Sequence record: MT944117.1
Source of the DNA: Escherichia phage PNJ1809-36
Length of the DNA: 64,000 nt
Direction: 5' to 3' (one strand)
The notes beneath the pieces are model-generated. The model ran no database searches. It worked only from the letters and a program-made list of their open reading frames with translations, and had not been told where the DNA came from. Shown in pieces: positions 8,323 through 15,879 of the stretch. How positions within the stretch are numbered: position 1 is the first letter of the stretch; each line of letters opens with the position of its first letter. Both the position numbers and the translations under genes were made by a program.

Positions 8323-8381
8323 TTGACGTTCGCCAGGTGGCGGCATAATATTTACCACGTAGGGCGGCAATGGTGCCGCTC
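8323..8381 (+). promoter_or_regulatory. early cassette promoter E1 with 5'-proximal stem-loop
   Basis: -35 TTGACG 8323-8328, -10 CATAAT/TAATAT ~8344-8351, stem-loop GGCGGCA-ATGG-TGCCGCT 8362-8379. Confidence 0.65.
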
Positions 8382-8400
8382 ATTATTTGGAGTTAAGATC

Positions 8401-8598
8401 ATGGCAACATTGCACATTGTGGCGAAAGCTGGACAAATCAACGTAATAGTAAACGGTTTTACTGAGTTCAGTCATCCCCAGGATGATCATGAAACGGTTT
8501 TATCTTTCATTGATTCACTGTTAGAAATGGGAGTAATTACAGAAGATCAGCATACTGCAAAATGCAAGCGCGTTAAGCAGATTGCAGGAATAGAATAA
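8401..8598 (+). CDS. hypothetical early protein (65 aa)
   Basis: ATG 8401 after SD GGAG; listed ORF 8323 start lies in promoter. Confidence 0.6.
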   Translation: MATLHIVAKAGQINVIVNGFTEFSHPQDDHETVLSFIDSLLEMGVITEDQHTAKCKRVKQIAGIE

Positions 8599-8603
8599 AA
8601 GTC

Positions 8604-8666
8604 TTGACAACAAGCCACAACCTGATAAGATGTATCACATAGGGCGGCGGAATGGTCCAGCCGCTC
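8604..8666 (+). promoter_or_regulatory. early cassette promoter E2 with 5'-proximal stem-loop
   Basis: -35 TTGACA 8604-8609, TGaTAAGAT ext -10 8623-8631, stem-loop GGCGGCGGA-ATGG-TCCAGCCGC 8642-8666. Confidence 0.65.
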
Positions 8667-8689
8667 ACAACAGAAGAGAGATTATAATC

Positions 8690-8962
8690 ATGGCATCATA
8701 TAGCGCAACAATGATCGTAGCTGGCACAACTGGTAAACCTATGAGCGGTGGCGGATCTTTCGCTAATATCAATATTGACGGGCGTTTATCCCTGGACGCA
8801 GCGATTGCCATTGCACGGGAAACATTTAAGAAAGAATGTAATTTCAACAAGCAAGATTATCTCGGTTTCGCTATTGAAAAAACCGCGCGCTTTGTTGATT
8901 ATAAAAGCCCGAAAATGGTTGATACTACACTAAAAGCGCAAGATGTAGCGTTTTTGCTTTAA
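8690..8962 (+). CDS. hypothetical early protein (90 aa)
   Basis: ATG 8690 after AGAAGAGAG SD-like leader. Confidence 0.6.
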   Translation: MASYSATMIVAGTTGKPMSGGGSFANINIDGRLSLDAAIAIARETFKKECNFNKQDYLGFAIEKTARFVDYKSPKMVDTTLKAQDVAFLL

Positions 8963-8965
8963 GGC

Positions 8966-9020
8966 TTGACATTAACGAATAATTTGTTAATATGTTACAT
9001 AAAGCGGGAATAGTTCCCGC
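8966..9020 (+). promoter_or_regulatory. early cassette promoter E3 with 5'-proximal stem-loop
   Basis: -35 TTGACA 8966-8971, TGtTAATAT 8985-8993, stem-loop GCGGGAA-TAG-TTCCCGC 9004-9020. Confidence 0.65.
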
Positions 9021-9038
9021 TATTTGTAAGGTGGTAGA

Positions 9039-9296
9039 ATGTTTTACATCAAATTAAAAGGTCACGTGATCGCGTTCAAAGATAACGCTTTTTACAGATT
9101 AGCAAAATATGCGTTAATACATCCCCACTATGTTTATATAAGGGGGCGTGATGAAATAAATATCTTTGATCAAACAACATGCGAGAACATCGAGATCCGC
9201 AAGGTTGGCGTACGTGATTATCGTACATCTTTCTACCCTTGCAAGGATTCAGCAAGTCTTTTTAAAGTATGCCAATTGTTGAAAAAAGGTGGTTAA
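9039..9296 (+). CDS. hypothetical early protein (85 aa)
   Basis: ORF; SD GGTGG. Confidence 0.6.
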   Translation: MFYIKLKGHVIAFKDNAFYRLAKYALIHPHYVYIRGRDEINIFDQTTCENIEIRKVGVRDYRTSFYPCKDSASLFKVCQLLKKGG

Positions 9297-9297
9297 T

Positions 9298-9855
9298 ATG
9301 GGCCGCGAATATGTGATCCAGTCTTGGGTAAAACATGAAGCAGATGATCCGCGCATCATTCCCGATCATCTTATCGATGAATCCACGGGATATAGCGGTG
9401 AGCAAATAGGTAACAGATTAGCACGTAGTAACGGCAACGTAAAAGCGCGTTATGTGCGCCCTGGCTGGCTGGCAAATGGTAACGCTGATTTATCCAGTGC
9501 GGAAGATGCGAGCGACGGCGCGAAAGATAATCCTTTGTACAAAGTTGATCCGGCTTTTCGTGTCCTGGATGAATACCCCAGCAAGATAGCGGCGCTTGAT
9601 GAAGCATTAGAAAGTAAGCGCATAACCTGGACCGCTTACAACATGGCAAAAAACGTACTTGATGGTAAATTGATTCAAGCCGAAAGAAAATTAGCCAAAA
9701 TTGCAGCCATAGCCCAGGAGGAAGACGAGGAGACAACGGAAGAGGAAGAGTACGAAGAGATCCCGCCGTTGTTGTGTATTGATGCTTTTCCTGATTATCA
9801 GCCGACAGAGGAAGAAAAAAGGATCGCACTAGAAAACTTTGAAAATAGTCTTTGA
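9298..9855 (+). CDS. hypothetical early protein with acidic C-terminus
   Basis: ATG 9298 after SD AAAGGTGG; listed 9289 start is GTG in same frame. Confidence 0.6.
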   Translation: MGREYVIQSWVKHEADDPRIIPDHLIDESTGYSGEQIGNRLARSNGNVKARYVRPGWLANGNADLSSAEDASDGAKDNPLYKVDPAFRVLDEYPSKIAALDEALESKRITWTAYNMAKNVLDGKLIQAERKLAKIAAIAQEEDEETTEEEEYEEIPPLLCIDAFPDYQPTEEEKRIALENFENSL

Positions 9856-9910
9856 CATATCGCCGCCACTGGTATAATATTTACCACGTAGGGCGGCAAT
9901 GGTGCCGCTC
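9852..9910 (+). promoter_or_regulatory. early cassette promoter E4 with 5'-proximal stem-loop
   Basis: -35 TTGACA 9852-9857, TGgTATAAT 9870-9878, stem-loop GGCGGCA-ATGG-TGCCGCT 9892-9909. Confidence 0.65.
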
Positions 9911-9937
9911 ATAGTGAAATTATGCAAGAGGTTTACA

Positions 9938-10033
9938 ATGATTAATAAAGAAAATAGCTTGACGGTTGGAACGATTAACGCTATCATTTTCGCCGTTCCA
10001 TTTTGGGTTGTAGTAGCGGCTATTATTTTCTAA
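9938..10033 (+). CDS. small hydrophobic peptide (31 aa)
   Basis: first ATG after E4 with SD AAGAGG; single hydrophobic helix. Confidence 0.4.
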   Translation: MINKENSLTVGTINAIIFAVPFWVVVAAIIF

Positions 10034-10041
10034 AAATATTC

Positions 10042-10102
10042 TTGACAACGTTTTTTAATCTGATAAGATGTATCACATAGGGCGGCGGAATACTTCCCCG
10101 CC
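10042..10102 (+). promoter_or_regulatory. early cassette promoter E5 with 5'-proximal stem-loop
   Basis: -35 TTGACA 10042-10047, TGaTAAGAT 10061-10069, stem-loop GGCGGCGGAA-TAC-TTCCCCGCC ~10080-10102. Confidence 0.65.
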
Positions 10103-10123
10103 AAAACAAAAAAGGGTAACACA

Positions 10124-10486
10124 ATGAGCAAGCAAATCAATACTATCATGTTTAATCTGGTATCTTTCCGCGATGATATGAAAAATTTACCACGTGAAAC
10201 GGTTGATATTCATGTTTCAGCTTATCGCGCCCTTATTGATATGTTACCGCTAAAACGTGATCAACATGCCGCTAATATGATGCTTAATGCTATGCTTAAA
10301 AAGATGATTCAAACGGATCTTACTCTGGCGTATGAGTATCAAGGGCGCTTATATGCTACTTACAACAAGGCGGTACCTGGTCTGGGAAGTACCGAAGAGT
10401 TGCACGGCTTAAACTTGGATCAGAACACTTGGGATAGTATGCGCCGCGTTATGGTATGGGCCGAAAGCGGTAAAATTTACGAATAA
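10124..10486 (+). CDS. hypothetical early protein (120 aa)
   Basis: ORF; SD AAAGGG. Confidence 0.65.
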   Translation: MSKQINTIMFNLVSFRDDMKNLPRETVDIHVSAYRALIDMLPLKRDQHAANMMLNAMLKKMIQTDLTLAYEYQGRLYATYNKAVPGLGSTEELHGLNLDQNTWDSMRRVMVWAESGKIYE

Positions 10487-10492
10487 AAACGG

Positions 10493-10552
10493 TTGACACT
10501 GTTTAAAATTCCGGTATAGTTTACCACATAGGGCGGGAAGTGGTTTCCCGCC
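10493..10552 (+). promoter_or_regulatory. early cassette promoter E6 with 5'-proximal stem-loop
   Basis: -35 TTGACA 10493-10498, -10 TATAGT 10515-10520, stem-loop GGCGGGAA-GTGGT-TTCCCGCC 10532-10552. Confidence 0.65.
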
Positions 10553-10574
10553 AACAATGAAAAAGGTTATCATC

Positions 10575-10940
10575 ATGGCTATTAATATTAATGTTTCCTC
10601 TTATGCTACCCTGGCTAACACGGCTAAAATTGAATTATCCAGCATTGAGGCGGTGCATATTAGCGCCCGTCGCTGGTTTCAACAGTCCTACGGTAACACA
10701 TATTTTTCTTTAATGGTTGACGTTGAGATCGGCGGTAAACTGATCGAGGTGGTTAACGTTCCGTTTCAATATGGCTATGGTGATCATTTTGATACCGTCG
10801 CCCTGGAAGAATTTAGCAAGGTTATCAACCTTGAGGGCAAGGAATTTTCACGCGGCGCGTATCTTTCCCGTTTTTGCCGTGACAATGGGATCACTGTATA
10901 CAGTCATGCAAGCGATGTTAAACGTAAAAAAGATCTATAA
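10575..10940 (+). CDS. hypothetical early protein (121 aa)
   Basis: ATG 10575 with SD AAAAGG; listed 10557 start abuts the hairpin with no SD. Confidence 0.6.
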   Translation: MAININVSSYATLANTAKIELSSIEAVHISARRWFQQSYGNTYFSLMVDVEIGGKLIEVVNVPFQYGYGDHFDTVALEEFSKVINLEGKEFSRGAYLSRFCRDNGITVYSHASDVKRKKDL

Positions 10941-10946
10941 AAAGCA

Positions 10947-11005
10947 TTGACAGCACGAATAAAAAGAGTAAACTGTATTACATAGAGAGCGGGAACACTT
11001 CCCGC
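10947..11005 (+). promoter_or_regulatory. early cassette promoter E7 with 5'-proximal stem-loop
   Basis: -35 TTGACA 10947-10952, -10 TAAACT 10969-10974, stem-loop GCGGGAA-CAC-TTCCCGC 10989-11005. Confidence 0.65.
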
Positions 11006-11029
11006 CTCACTGAAAAAGAGAGAAAAATC

Positions 11030-11269
11030 ATGGCTAAATCTAAAATGTACAACGGTCACAAAAACAAAACTCATTGGAATGTAAGCCTGTGGATTAATAA
11101 CGATGAGGGATTGTATCGGTTTGCATTGGGATTGATCAATGAGTGCGGTAATAAAGATCAGGCGGCTGATTTAATGTGCTACCGTTTGAAACAGGATGGA
11201 ATCACTACAACGCCAGACGGCTTTAAGTATAGTAAAACTGCAATCCGCGCCGCTATGGTTGGAATGTAA
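11030..11269 (+). CDS. hypothetical early protein (79 aa)
   Basis: ORF; SD AAGAGAG. Confidence 0.6.
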   Translation: MAKSKMYNGHKNKTHWNVSLWINNDEGLYRFALGLINECGNKDQAADLMCYRLKQDGITTTPDGFKYSKTAIRAAMVGM

Positions 11270-11282
11270 AGGAGACATAAAA

Positions 11283-11363
11283 ATGAAACATCGTTCGACC
11301 TATCTCACAAAACGTTTTAGCTTAGATCATAAATTGGGCTATTACGGAAGAAATAGAAAATAA
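11283..11363 (+). CDS. small basic peptide (26 aa)
   Basis: SD AAAGGAG + ATG 11283. Confidence 0.3.
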   Translation: MKHRSTYLTKRFSLDHKLGYYGRNRK

Positions 11364-11364
11364 T

Positions 11365-11424
11365 TTGACAACGTTTAAAATTAGTGTAAGATGTATCACA
11401 TAGGGCGGGAAGTGGTTTCCCGCC
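11365..11424 (+). promoter_or_regulatory. early cassette promoter E8 with 5'-proximal stem-loop
   Basis: -35 TTGACA 11365-11370, -10 TAAGAT 11387-11392, stem-loop GGCGGGAA-GTGGT-TTCCCGCC 11404-11424. Confidence 0.65.
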
Positions 11425-11446
11425 AACAACAGAGAGATTAAAGATT

Positions 11447-11674
11447 ATGGCTATCAATATTGTTCGTGTATCCGGCACCGTTGGCAGTTCCCAGGTTGTA
11501 GCAGTTGTAACAAACAAAAAGATTAATGATGTATGTGAGATCTTGAATAAGTGGGCTATTGCTAATTTTGGAGAATATGCGAGCGTCGAGTACATCGAAT
11601 CCTACCAGGTGCCAACCATCAGCCTAACCGATCTCAACGTTGATCGCCTGTTATGCCTGGATGAATTAATCTGA
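11447..11674 (+). CDS. hypothetical early protein (75 aa)
   Basis: ORF; leader AACAGAGAGATTAAAG. Confidence 0.6.
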   Translation: MAINIVRVSGTVGSSQVVAVVTNKKINDVCEILNKWAIANFGEYASVEYIESYQVPTISLTDLNVDRLLCLDELI

Positions 11675-11683
11675 AAAAGATTG

Positions 11684-11740
11684 TTGACACGGGAAAGAAA
11701 AAGAGTAAACTGTATTACGTAGGGCGGCAATGGTGCCGCT
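11684..11740 (+). promoter_or_regulatory. early cassette promoter E9 with 5'-proximal stem-loop
   Basis: -35 TTGACA 11684-11689, -10 TAAACT 11706-11711, stem-loop GGCGGCA-ATGG-TGCCGCT 11723-11740. Confidence 0.65.
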
Positions 11741-11764
11741 CACAACAGAAGAGAGATTATCACG

Positions 11765-11980
11765 ATGGCTAATATCCGCACACTGTTAAAAAATGCAAGT
11801 CAAGTTTTATTTTCAGATGACGAGTATTTCAATAAAGACATTACGGGCGTAAAAAGTCTTAAAGATGTAAAGGATGTAATAGGTATTCGCGGATCTTTAC
11901 GTAAGGGCGATTACTACGGTAACAAGGTGCAATATAAACTGTCAAAAGATTATGATTTTACTTTGACAATTATCAACTAA
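11765..11980 (+). CDS. hypothetical early protein (71 aa)
   Basis: ORF; leader CACAACAGAAGAGAGATTAT. Confidence 0.6.
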   Translation: MANIRTLLKNASQVLFSDDEYFNKDITGVKSLKDVKDVIGIRGSLRKGDYYGNKVQYKLSKDYDFTLTIIN

Positions 11981-11991
11981 GGGATCACAAA

Positions 11992-12150
11992 ATGAAAACT
12001 TGCCAATGTGGTAAAAAGTCTATCTCTGGTTTAAAACGTGGCGTTGCTCTTTGTCAATACCACTATAACGCTCAAACGTGGGGTAAGCAGTGGGCGGATC
12101 AGGTGGAAGAGGCAAAGAAAGAAAATATAAAAGTAGTTGCAAAGAAATAA
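11992..12150 (+). CDS. small Cys-containing protein (52 aa), possible zinc ribbon
   Basis: SD AAGGGA + ATG 11992; CQCG...LCQYHY. Confidence 0.4.
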   Translation: MKTCQCGKKSISGLKRGVALCQYHYNAQTWGKQWADQVEEAKKENIKVVAKK

Positions 12151-12198
12151 AAATAGAGTAAACTGTATTACATCAAGGCGGCGGAATGGTCCACCGCC
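12137..12198 (+). promoter_or_regulatory. early cassette promoter E10 with 5'-proximal stem-loop
   Basis: -35 TTGCAA 12137-12142, -10 TAAACT 12159-12164, two-helix stem-loop GGCGG-c-GGA-ATGG-TCC-a-CCGCC 12177-12198. Confidence 0.55.
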
Positions 12199-12222
12199 TA
12201 ACAAAGAGAAGAGGAAAATATC

Positions 12223-12390
12223 ATGATCACTTTCGCTACCCGTGAAGCCGCTCGCAACGTTGCACGTAAAGTTAACGCCGCCAACTTGGGCGCTACGCTT
12301 AAAGCCCCTGTAAAAGATGAATCAGGAAAATGGATCTTACCTGGTCTGCGTCATGCTGACAAGTTAGGTACTTTAAGCCTTAAAAAATAA
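12223..12390 (+). CDS. hypothetical early protein (55 aa)
   Basis: ATG 12223 after AGAGAAGAGG leader; N-terminus MITFA shared with next gene. Confidence 0.5.
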   Translation: MITFATREAARNVARKVNAANLGATLKAPVKDESGKWILPGLRHADKLGTLSLKK

Positions 12391-12393
12391 TCG

Positions 12394-12430
12394 TTGACTT
12401 TTCGTTATAGCGCCTTATAATGGGCGCTAT
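12394..12430 (+). promoter_or_regulatory. promoter E11 with perfect 8-bp inverted repeat flanking the -10
   Basis: -35 TTGACT 12394-12399, -10 TATAAT 12416-12421, IR ATAGCGCC (12406-12413) / GGCGCTAT (12423-12430). Confidence 0.6.
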
Positions 12431-12464
12431 AGAGAAGAGAAACCACTATTAACAAGGAAACATC

Positions 12465-12686
12465 ATGATTACTTTTGCTATTGTCGCCGTTGTTGCTGGT
12501 CAGGTTTACGTAAACGAGACATTTACTACAGAAGACAAGGCCGCAGGAGATATAACCGCCGTTTACAATGAGTGCAAGGCAGTAGAAAGGATGTTATCGC
12601 CTTGTATGCTAATGAGTGAACGTCAGGATGGGATAACAGTATTTACTAACATTGAAACAGGGTACCAAATGGTAGTAACAAAATAA
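12465..12686 (+). CDS. hypothetical early protein (73 aa)
   Basis: ORF; SD AAGGAAAC. Confidence 0.6.
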   Translation: MITFAIVAVVAGQVYVNETFTTEDKAAGDITAVYNECKAVERMLSPCMLMSERQDGITVFTNIETGYQMVVTK

Positions 12687-12689
12687 AGC

Positions 12690-12746
12690 TTGACACGTAT
12701 TTAATTTTCAGTAAACTGTTACACGTAGGGCGGGAATAGTTCCCGC
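12690..12746 (+). promoter_or_regulatory. early cassette promoter E12 with 5'-proximal stem-loop
   Basis: -35 TTGACA 12690-12695, -10 TAAACT 12712-12717, stem-loop GCGGGAA-TAG-TTCCCGC 12730-12746. Confidence 0.65.
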
Positions 12747-12764
12747 TAAAAAGAGAGAAAGACC

Positions 12765-13118
12765 ATGAAAGCACAAAATGCAATTAAAGAGTACATCCTT
12801 GCCGCTATCGATTTTAATGATTATGGTATTACAACCGAAAAAGAGAAGATCGCGGAATTGATGCGCCGTTTTAATTCCGAGTACTGGTACCCTGATAACC
12901 AATCACGTTTTAATTATAGTATTGTTAAAGCACTTGCATCATGGTTACAAGGTTTGCCATCAGATATTAATATCGCTTTCGAATATTGGGAAATTGATCG
13001 CTTGTTAACATCCTGGGGATACATTAAAGAGAATAGCAGCGATGATAAAATCCAACGAGAAAGGGAAAATTATTGGCTTTATATTGCAGGCGTGATCCTT
13101 GCTTGCTCTTATGAATGA
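12765..13118 (+). CDS. hypothetical early protein (117 aa)
   Basis: ORF; leader AAAGAGAGAAAGACC. Confidence 0.65.
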   Translation: MKAQNAIKEYILAAIDFNDYGITTEKEKIAELMRRFNSEYWYPDNQSRFNYSIVKALASWLQGLPSDINIAFEYWEIDRLLTSWGYIKENSSDDKIQRERENYWLYIAGVILACSYE

Positions 13119-13124
13119 TAAACC

Positions 13125-13178
13125 TTGACAATTTTACAAAACAGTTTAAATTAATAATATAGCGGCAATGGTGCCGCT
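13125..13178 (+). promoter_or_regulatory. early cassette promoter E13 with 5'-proximal stem-loop
   Basis: -35 TTGACA 13125-13130, -10 TAAATT ~13148-13153, stem-loop AGCGGCA-ATGG-TGCCGCT 13161-13178. Confidence 0.55.
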
Positions 13179-13197
13179 CATATAAAGAGGAAACAAA

Positions 13198-13344
13198 ATG
13201 AATACATCTAATCGCGCAGAAAAAATTCAATCTTCCAAGATCCGCAAGGCCTGGAATGAGGAAGTGATCCGCAAAGGCGACAAGCGCAATAAAACAAAGC
13301 GCGGGAAGAGTGACAAATATAATTGGATGGATTTAGAGAATTAA
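13198..13344 (+). CDS. small basic protein (48 aa), Lys/Arg-rich
   Basis: SD AAAGAGG + ATG 13198; KIRKAWNEEVIRKGDKRNKTKRGK. Confidence 0.45.
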   Translation: MNTSNRAEKIQSSKIRKAWNEEVIRKGDKRNKTKRGKSDKYNWMDLEN

Positions 13345-13352
13345 CATAACAA

Positions 13353-13378
13353 GGGCGCACCAAGCGCCCTTTCTTTTT
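13353..13378 (+). terminator. rho-independent terminator
   Basis: GGGCGC-ACCAA-GCGCCC followed by TTTCTTTTT; identical copy at 18808. Confidence 0.75.
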
Positions 13379-13399
13379 ACATGTAGAGGATAAACAAAA

Positions 13400-13585
13400 A
13401 TGACTTTAAACGAGCTTAAAACAGCCTATAACGCAACATTAAAAATAGCCGTGCGTTACCGTGACGAATACGGTTTTATTGCGCAGGGCGTGATCCTGGG
13501 CTTTTCTGACGATGGTTTGATCTATGTTGATGCACATCACAACAAGGTTAAACTTGAAAACGTCATTAGCATAAAATATCTTTAA
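13400..13585 (+). CDS. hypothetical early protein (61 aa)
   Basis: ORF; SD GAGGA. Confidence 0.55.
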   Translation: MTLNELKTAYNATLKIAVRYRDEYGFIAQGVILGFSDDGLIYVDAHHNKVKLENVISIKYL

Positions 13586-13591
13586 AAGTGG

Positions 13592-13650
13592 TTGACACCA
13601 TAACCGGACCTGTTAAACTGTATTACATCAGGCGGGGAATAGTTCCCCAC
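13592..13650 (+). promoter_or_regulatory. early cassette promoter E14 with 5'-proximal stem-loop
   Basis: -35 TTGACA 13592-13597, TGtTAAACT 13611-13619, stem-loop GGGGAA-TAG-TTCCCC 13634-13648. Confidence 0.65.
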
Positions 13651-13670
13651 CATACAAAAAGGTAAATATT

Positions 13671-13877
13671 ATGATCACCGCAAAACAAGAAAAAATCATT
13701 ATCGACGTTGCAGCCGTTGCCGCTATTGCTATTATCGGTACCTACTATGACACCGCGCGTCCTTCCTCCTTGCATGAGATCGCCGCCGTTGCATCAGTTG
13801 GCGTGCTGTTTTACGTTGGTAAACGTTATTTATCACCAATGATTAACAAGCTGACACCGTGGAAAAATAAAGGTTGA
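13671..13877 (+). CDS. small membrane protein (68 aa)
   Basis: ORF; two hydrophobic segments (VAAVAAIAIIGTYY, IAAVASVGVLFYVG). Confidence 0.6.
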   Translation: MITAKQEKIIIDVAAVAAIAIIGTYYDTARPSSLHEIAAVASVGVLFYVGKRYLSPMINKLTPWKNKG

Positions 13878-13929
13878 TCCTGTTTTATATTGTGTTATAG
13901 TTATCGTGTAGGGCGGCAATGGTGCCGCG
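13874..13929 (+). promoter_or_regulatory. early cassette promoter E15 with 5'-proximal stem-loop
   Basis: -35 TTGATC 13874-13879, TGtTATAGT 13893-13901, stem-loop GGCGGCA-ATGG-TGCCGC 13912-13929. Confidence 0.6.
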
Positions 13930-13948
13930 CCCCTTTGAGGATGCAATC

Positions 13949-14233
13949 ATGAGTAAAGCTAACACCGTGCTAATGTTTTCCCTGATTAATGATCCCGCTT
14001 ACTTGTCCAACATGACGCAGGAGGGTAACACATTAACGGCAACATTCACCAATAAGCTTGACCGAGTGATCATCATCTCACTGAAAACAGTTAGTAAAGG
14101 CTTTTACTCGTTAGCTTATCATTGGATCACTGATACCGATGAGACAAGCCAGGACTATAGCGCCCCTTTCCCTGAATCAATGGCACGGGAGATCATCGCC
14201 GCCGTTGTAAATGATGGTTTGTTTACTGCATAA
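13949..14233 (+). CDS. hypothetical early protein (94 aa)
   Basis: ATG 13949 after SD GAGGA; listed 13919 start lies within the hairpin. Confidence 0.6.
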   Translation: MSKANTVLMFSLINDPAYLSNMTQEGNTLTATFTNKLDRVIIISLKTVSKGFYSLAYHWITDTDETSQDYSAPFPESMAREIIAAVVNDGLFTA

Positions 14234-14251
14234 AATAATTTAGAAAAAGGC

Positions 14252-14308
14252 TTGCAATCATTTTGAGATAGTGTATATTTAATTCATAGGGCGGCGGGAA
14301 TAGTTCCC
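14252..14308 (+). promoter_or_regulatory. early cassette promoter E16 with short 5'-proximal stem-loop
   Basis: -35 TTGCAA 14252-14257, -10 TATATT 14274-14279, stem-loop GGGAA-TAG-TTCCC 14296-14308. Confidence 0.5.
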
Positions 14309-14331
14309 AAAGCAAACGAGAGGATTACACG

Positions 14332-14451
14332 ATGAGCAAGTACACAGTAGAATACACGGTAGAGAATCCGGTAGTATCCGAAGGTAAAAAGATGACATTT
14401 GCCATCAGTATAATCGCTTTCGTTGTCACTATCTTATCAATCATCTTATAA
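14332..14451 (+). CDS. small membrane peptide (39 aa)
   Basis: SD GAGAGGA + ATG 14332; C-terminal hydrophobic helix. Confidence 0.4.
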   Translation: MSKYTVEYTVENPVVSEGKKMTFAISIIAFVVTILSIIL

Positions 14452-14461
14452 GGTGCACACC

Positions 14462-14623
14462 ATGAAAATAACAGACATTATCAAAGAGATCGCCCTTGCC
14501 GCTGGCGTTGAAGTCGAGGAAGTGATCGCGCTCAATCTTACAGAAAACGATCTGCGCAACTATGAAGCGGAAAGCGTGAAAGCAAGCGGCGCGGTCCTGG
14601 TATATGATCCGGCTAACAAGTAA
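14462..14623 (+). CDS. hypothetical early protein (53 aa)
   Basis: ATG 14462 after SD AAGGTG; listed ORF 14423 start is upstream alternative. Confidence 0.5.
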   Translation: MKITDIIKEIALAAGVEVEEVIALNLTENDLRNYEAESVKASGAVLVYDPANK

Positions 14624-14632
14624 GGGGATAAC

Positions 14633-14743
14633 ATGAATCCGAAAGATATGCAAGCATGGAAAGGGTACGACGATCTAAGCGCCTTGCGCAATAAGTCAAG
14701 CCGTAACCTTAGACGGTTGGAAGCAAAGAAAAAGAAAAAATAG
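14633..14743 (+). CDS. small basic peptide (36 aa)
   Basis: SD AAGGGGA + ATG 14633; Lys-rich C-terminus. Confidence 0.35.
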   Translation: MNPKDMQAWKGYDDLSALRNKSSRNLRRLEAKKKKK

Positions 14744-14744
14744 T

Positions 14745-14801
14745 TTGACAAGTCCGCGTAGTCTGATAATATGTATCTTGTAGCGCGGCAATGGTGCCGC
14801 T
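14745..14801 (+). promoter_or_regulatory. early cassette promoter E17 with 5'-proximal stem-loop
   Basis: -35 TTGACA 14745-14750, TGaTAATAT 14764-14772, stem-loop GCGGCA-ATGG-TGCCGC 14785-14800. Confidence 0.65.
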
Positions 14802-14821
14802 CACAAGAAGAGAGAAAAATC

Positions 14822-15106
14822 ATGAAAATTACAAAAAGCCTAACTAATTATGCAGCACGTCGCGGATTATGCTTAACCGTTGAAAACTTAGGGAAAGAAG
14901 ACTTTTTGTGTTTTTGGGAGCTTGAGAATGATTGCGAGTGGATGTTTTCTTATTCTATCTGCGAAGATCAAAACGGTTGTTTGTTAACCTGGCGCGGTAA
15001 TATCTATTTACCGGAAGAAATTAAAGAAGAGTTACCAGGTACGATCATGACAGAGAGACAGCTTAAGGAAGTGATCAATTTTGTAGGGCAAAACATTAAA
15101 AAATAA
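14822..15106 (+). CDS. hypothetical early protein (94 aa)
   Basis: ATG 14822 after leader CACAAGAAGAGAGAAAAATC. Confidence 0.6.
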   Translation: MKITKSLTNYAARRGLCLTVENLGKEDFLCFWELENDCEWMFSYSICEDQNGCLLTWRGNIYLPEEIKEELPGTIMTERQLKEVINFVGQNIKK

Positions 15107-15107
15107 T

Positions 15108-15169
15108 TTGACAGTAGGCAAACAACGTAGTAAAGTTTATTACATAGAGCGGCGGAATGGTCCACCGCT
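15108..15169 (+). promoter_or_regulatory. early cassette promoter E18 with 5'-proximal stem-loop
   Basis: -35 TTGACA 15108-15113, -10 TAAAGT 15131-15136, two-helix stem-loop GCGG-c-GGA-ATGG-TCC-a-CCGC 15148-15169. Confidence 0.6.
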
Positions 15170-15191
15170 CACAACAGAAGAGAAACAAATC

Positions 15192-15362
15192 ATGATCCCG
15201 ACTATGTTTTATGTATCGCGCAAAGGTCACAATATTTTTTGGTCTGAAGATTTAAATGAAGCTATGACGTTTGCCCGTGATCGTGTTGCTATCGGTGGCG
15301 TTAACATCACCGTAACCGATGAAAATGGCATTGAATACTATAACGGCGACGATGAAGAATAA
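15192..15362 (+). CDS. hypothetical early protein (56 aa)
   Basis: ATG 15192 after conserved leader CACAACAGAAGAGAAACAAATC. Confidence 0.5.
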   Translation: MIPTMFYVSRKGHNIFWSEDLNEAMTFARDRVAIGGVNITVTDENGIEYYNGDDEE

Positions 15363-15369
15363 TTAATGA

Positions 15370-15390
15370 GGCGGGGGAGTATTCCCCGCC
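15370..15390 (+). ncRNA. promoter-less intercistronic GC stem-loop (same family as cassette hairpins)
   Basis: GGCGGGGGA-GTA-TTCCCCGCC, no T-run, no upstream -35/-10. Confidence 0.45.
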
Positions 15391-15409
15391 GTCAATAAAG
15401 AGGTAAATC

Positions 15410-15679
15410 ATGAAAATATCATTAGACGTTGCAATCAAGGCCATCGAATCTGGTTACATCCTGGTAAAAGATGATAAGGCTAAAATAGTGCATCATGTTA
15501 ACAAGGAAACAGGTGAAAGCATGATCACATATAAAGCCGCCTACTTTCTCCAATCAGTAGCAGATCCGCGCGTACAACGCCAGGTTACGGCGGCTATTGC
15601 TAAAAAATTATGTGCTTTACAGGGTACAAGTTTTAACGAGATCGCCCCGTGTTTTGAGTGGTCAAGCTTGAAAAAATAA
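15410..15679 (+). CDS. hypothetical early protein (89 aa)
   Basis: ORF; SD AAAGAGG. Confidence 0.6.
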   Translation: MKISLDVAIKAIESGYILVKDDKAKIVHHVNKETGESMITYKAAYFLQSVADPRVQRQVTAAIAKKLCALQGTSFNEIAPCFEWSSLKK

Positions 15680-15680
15680 T

Positions 15681-15742
15681 TTGACAACAATTATAAATCG
15701 GGTAGAATGTATTTCGTAGGGCGGGGCAATAAGGCAACGCCC
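15681..15742 (+). promoter_or_regulatory. early cassette promoter E19 with degenerate 5'-proximal stem-loop
   Basis: -35 TTGACA 15681-15686, -10 TAGAAT 15703-15708, GGGCG...CGCCC 15719-15742. Confidence 0.55.
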
Positions 15743-15760
15743 ATTAATGAGGGTAGAATC

Positions 15761-15865
15761 ATGTTAGAGAAAATTTTCACGGTCGTAGTAGTGGGCCTGG
15801 CGTTATCGGTTGGAGTGGTTGCGACTATGGCTAACATGATCCTATCTTCCCACGGTATCGGCTAA
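15761..15865 (+). CDS. small membrane peptide (34 aa)
   Basis: SD GAGGG + ATG 15761; hydrophobic helix. Confidence 0.4.
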   Translation: MLEKIFTVVVVGLALSVGVVATMANMILSSHGIG

Positions 15866-15879
15866 AAGAGAGACACAAC

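Noticed and set aside
9371-9829. 152-aa minus-strand ORF
   Set aside because: Antisense to the cassette gene 9298..9855, Leu/Pro/Arg-rich reverse-frame artefact, no promoter or SD.
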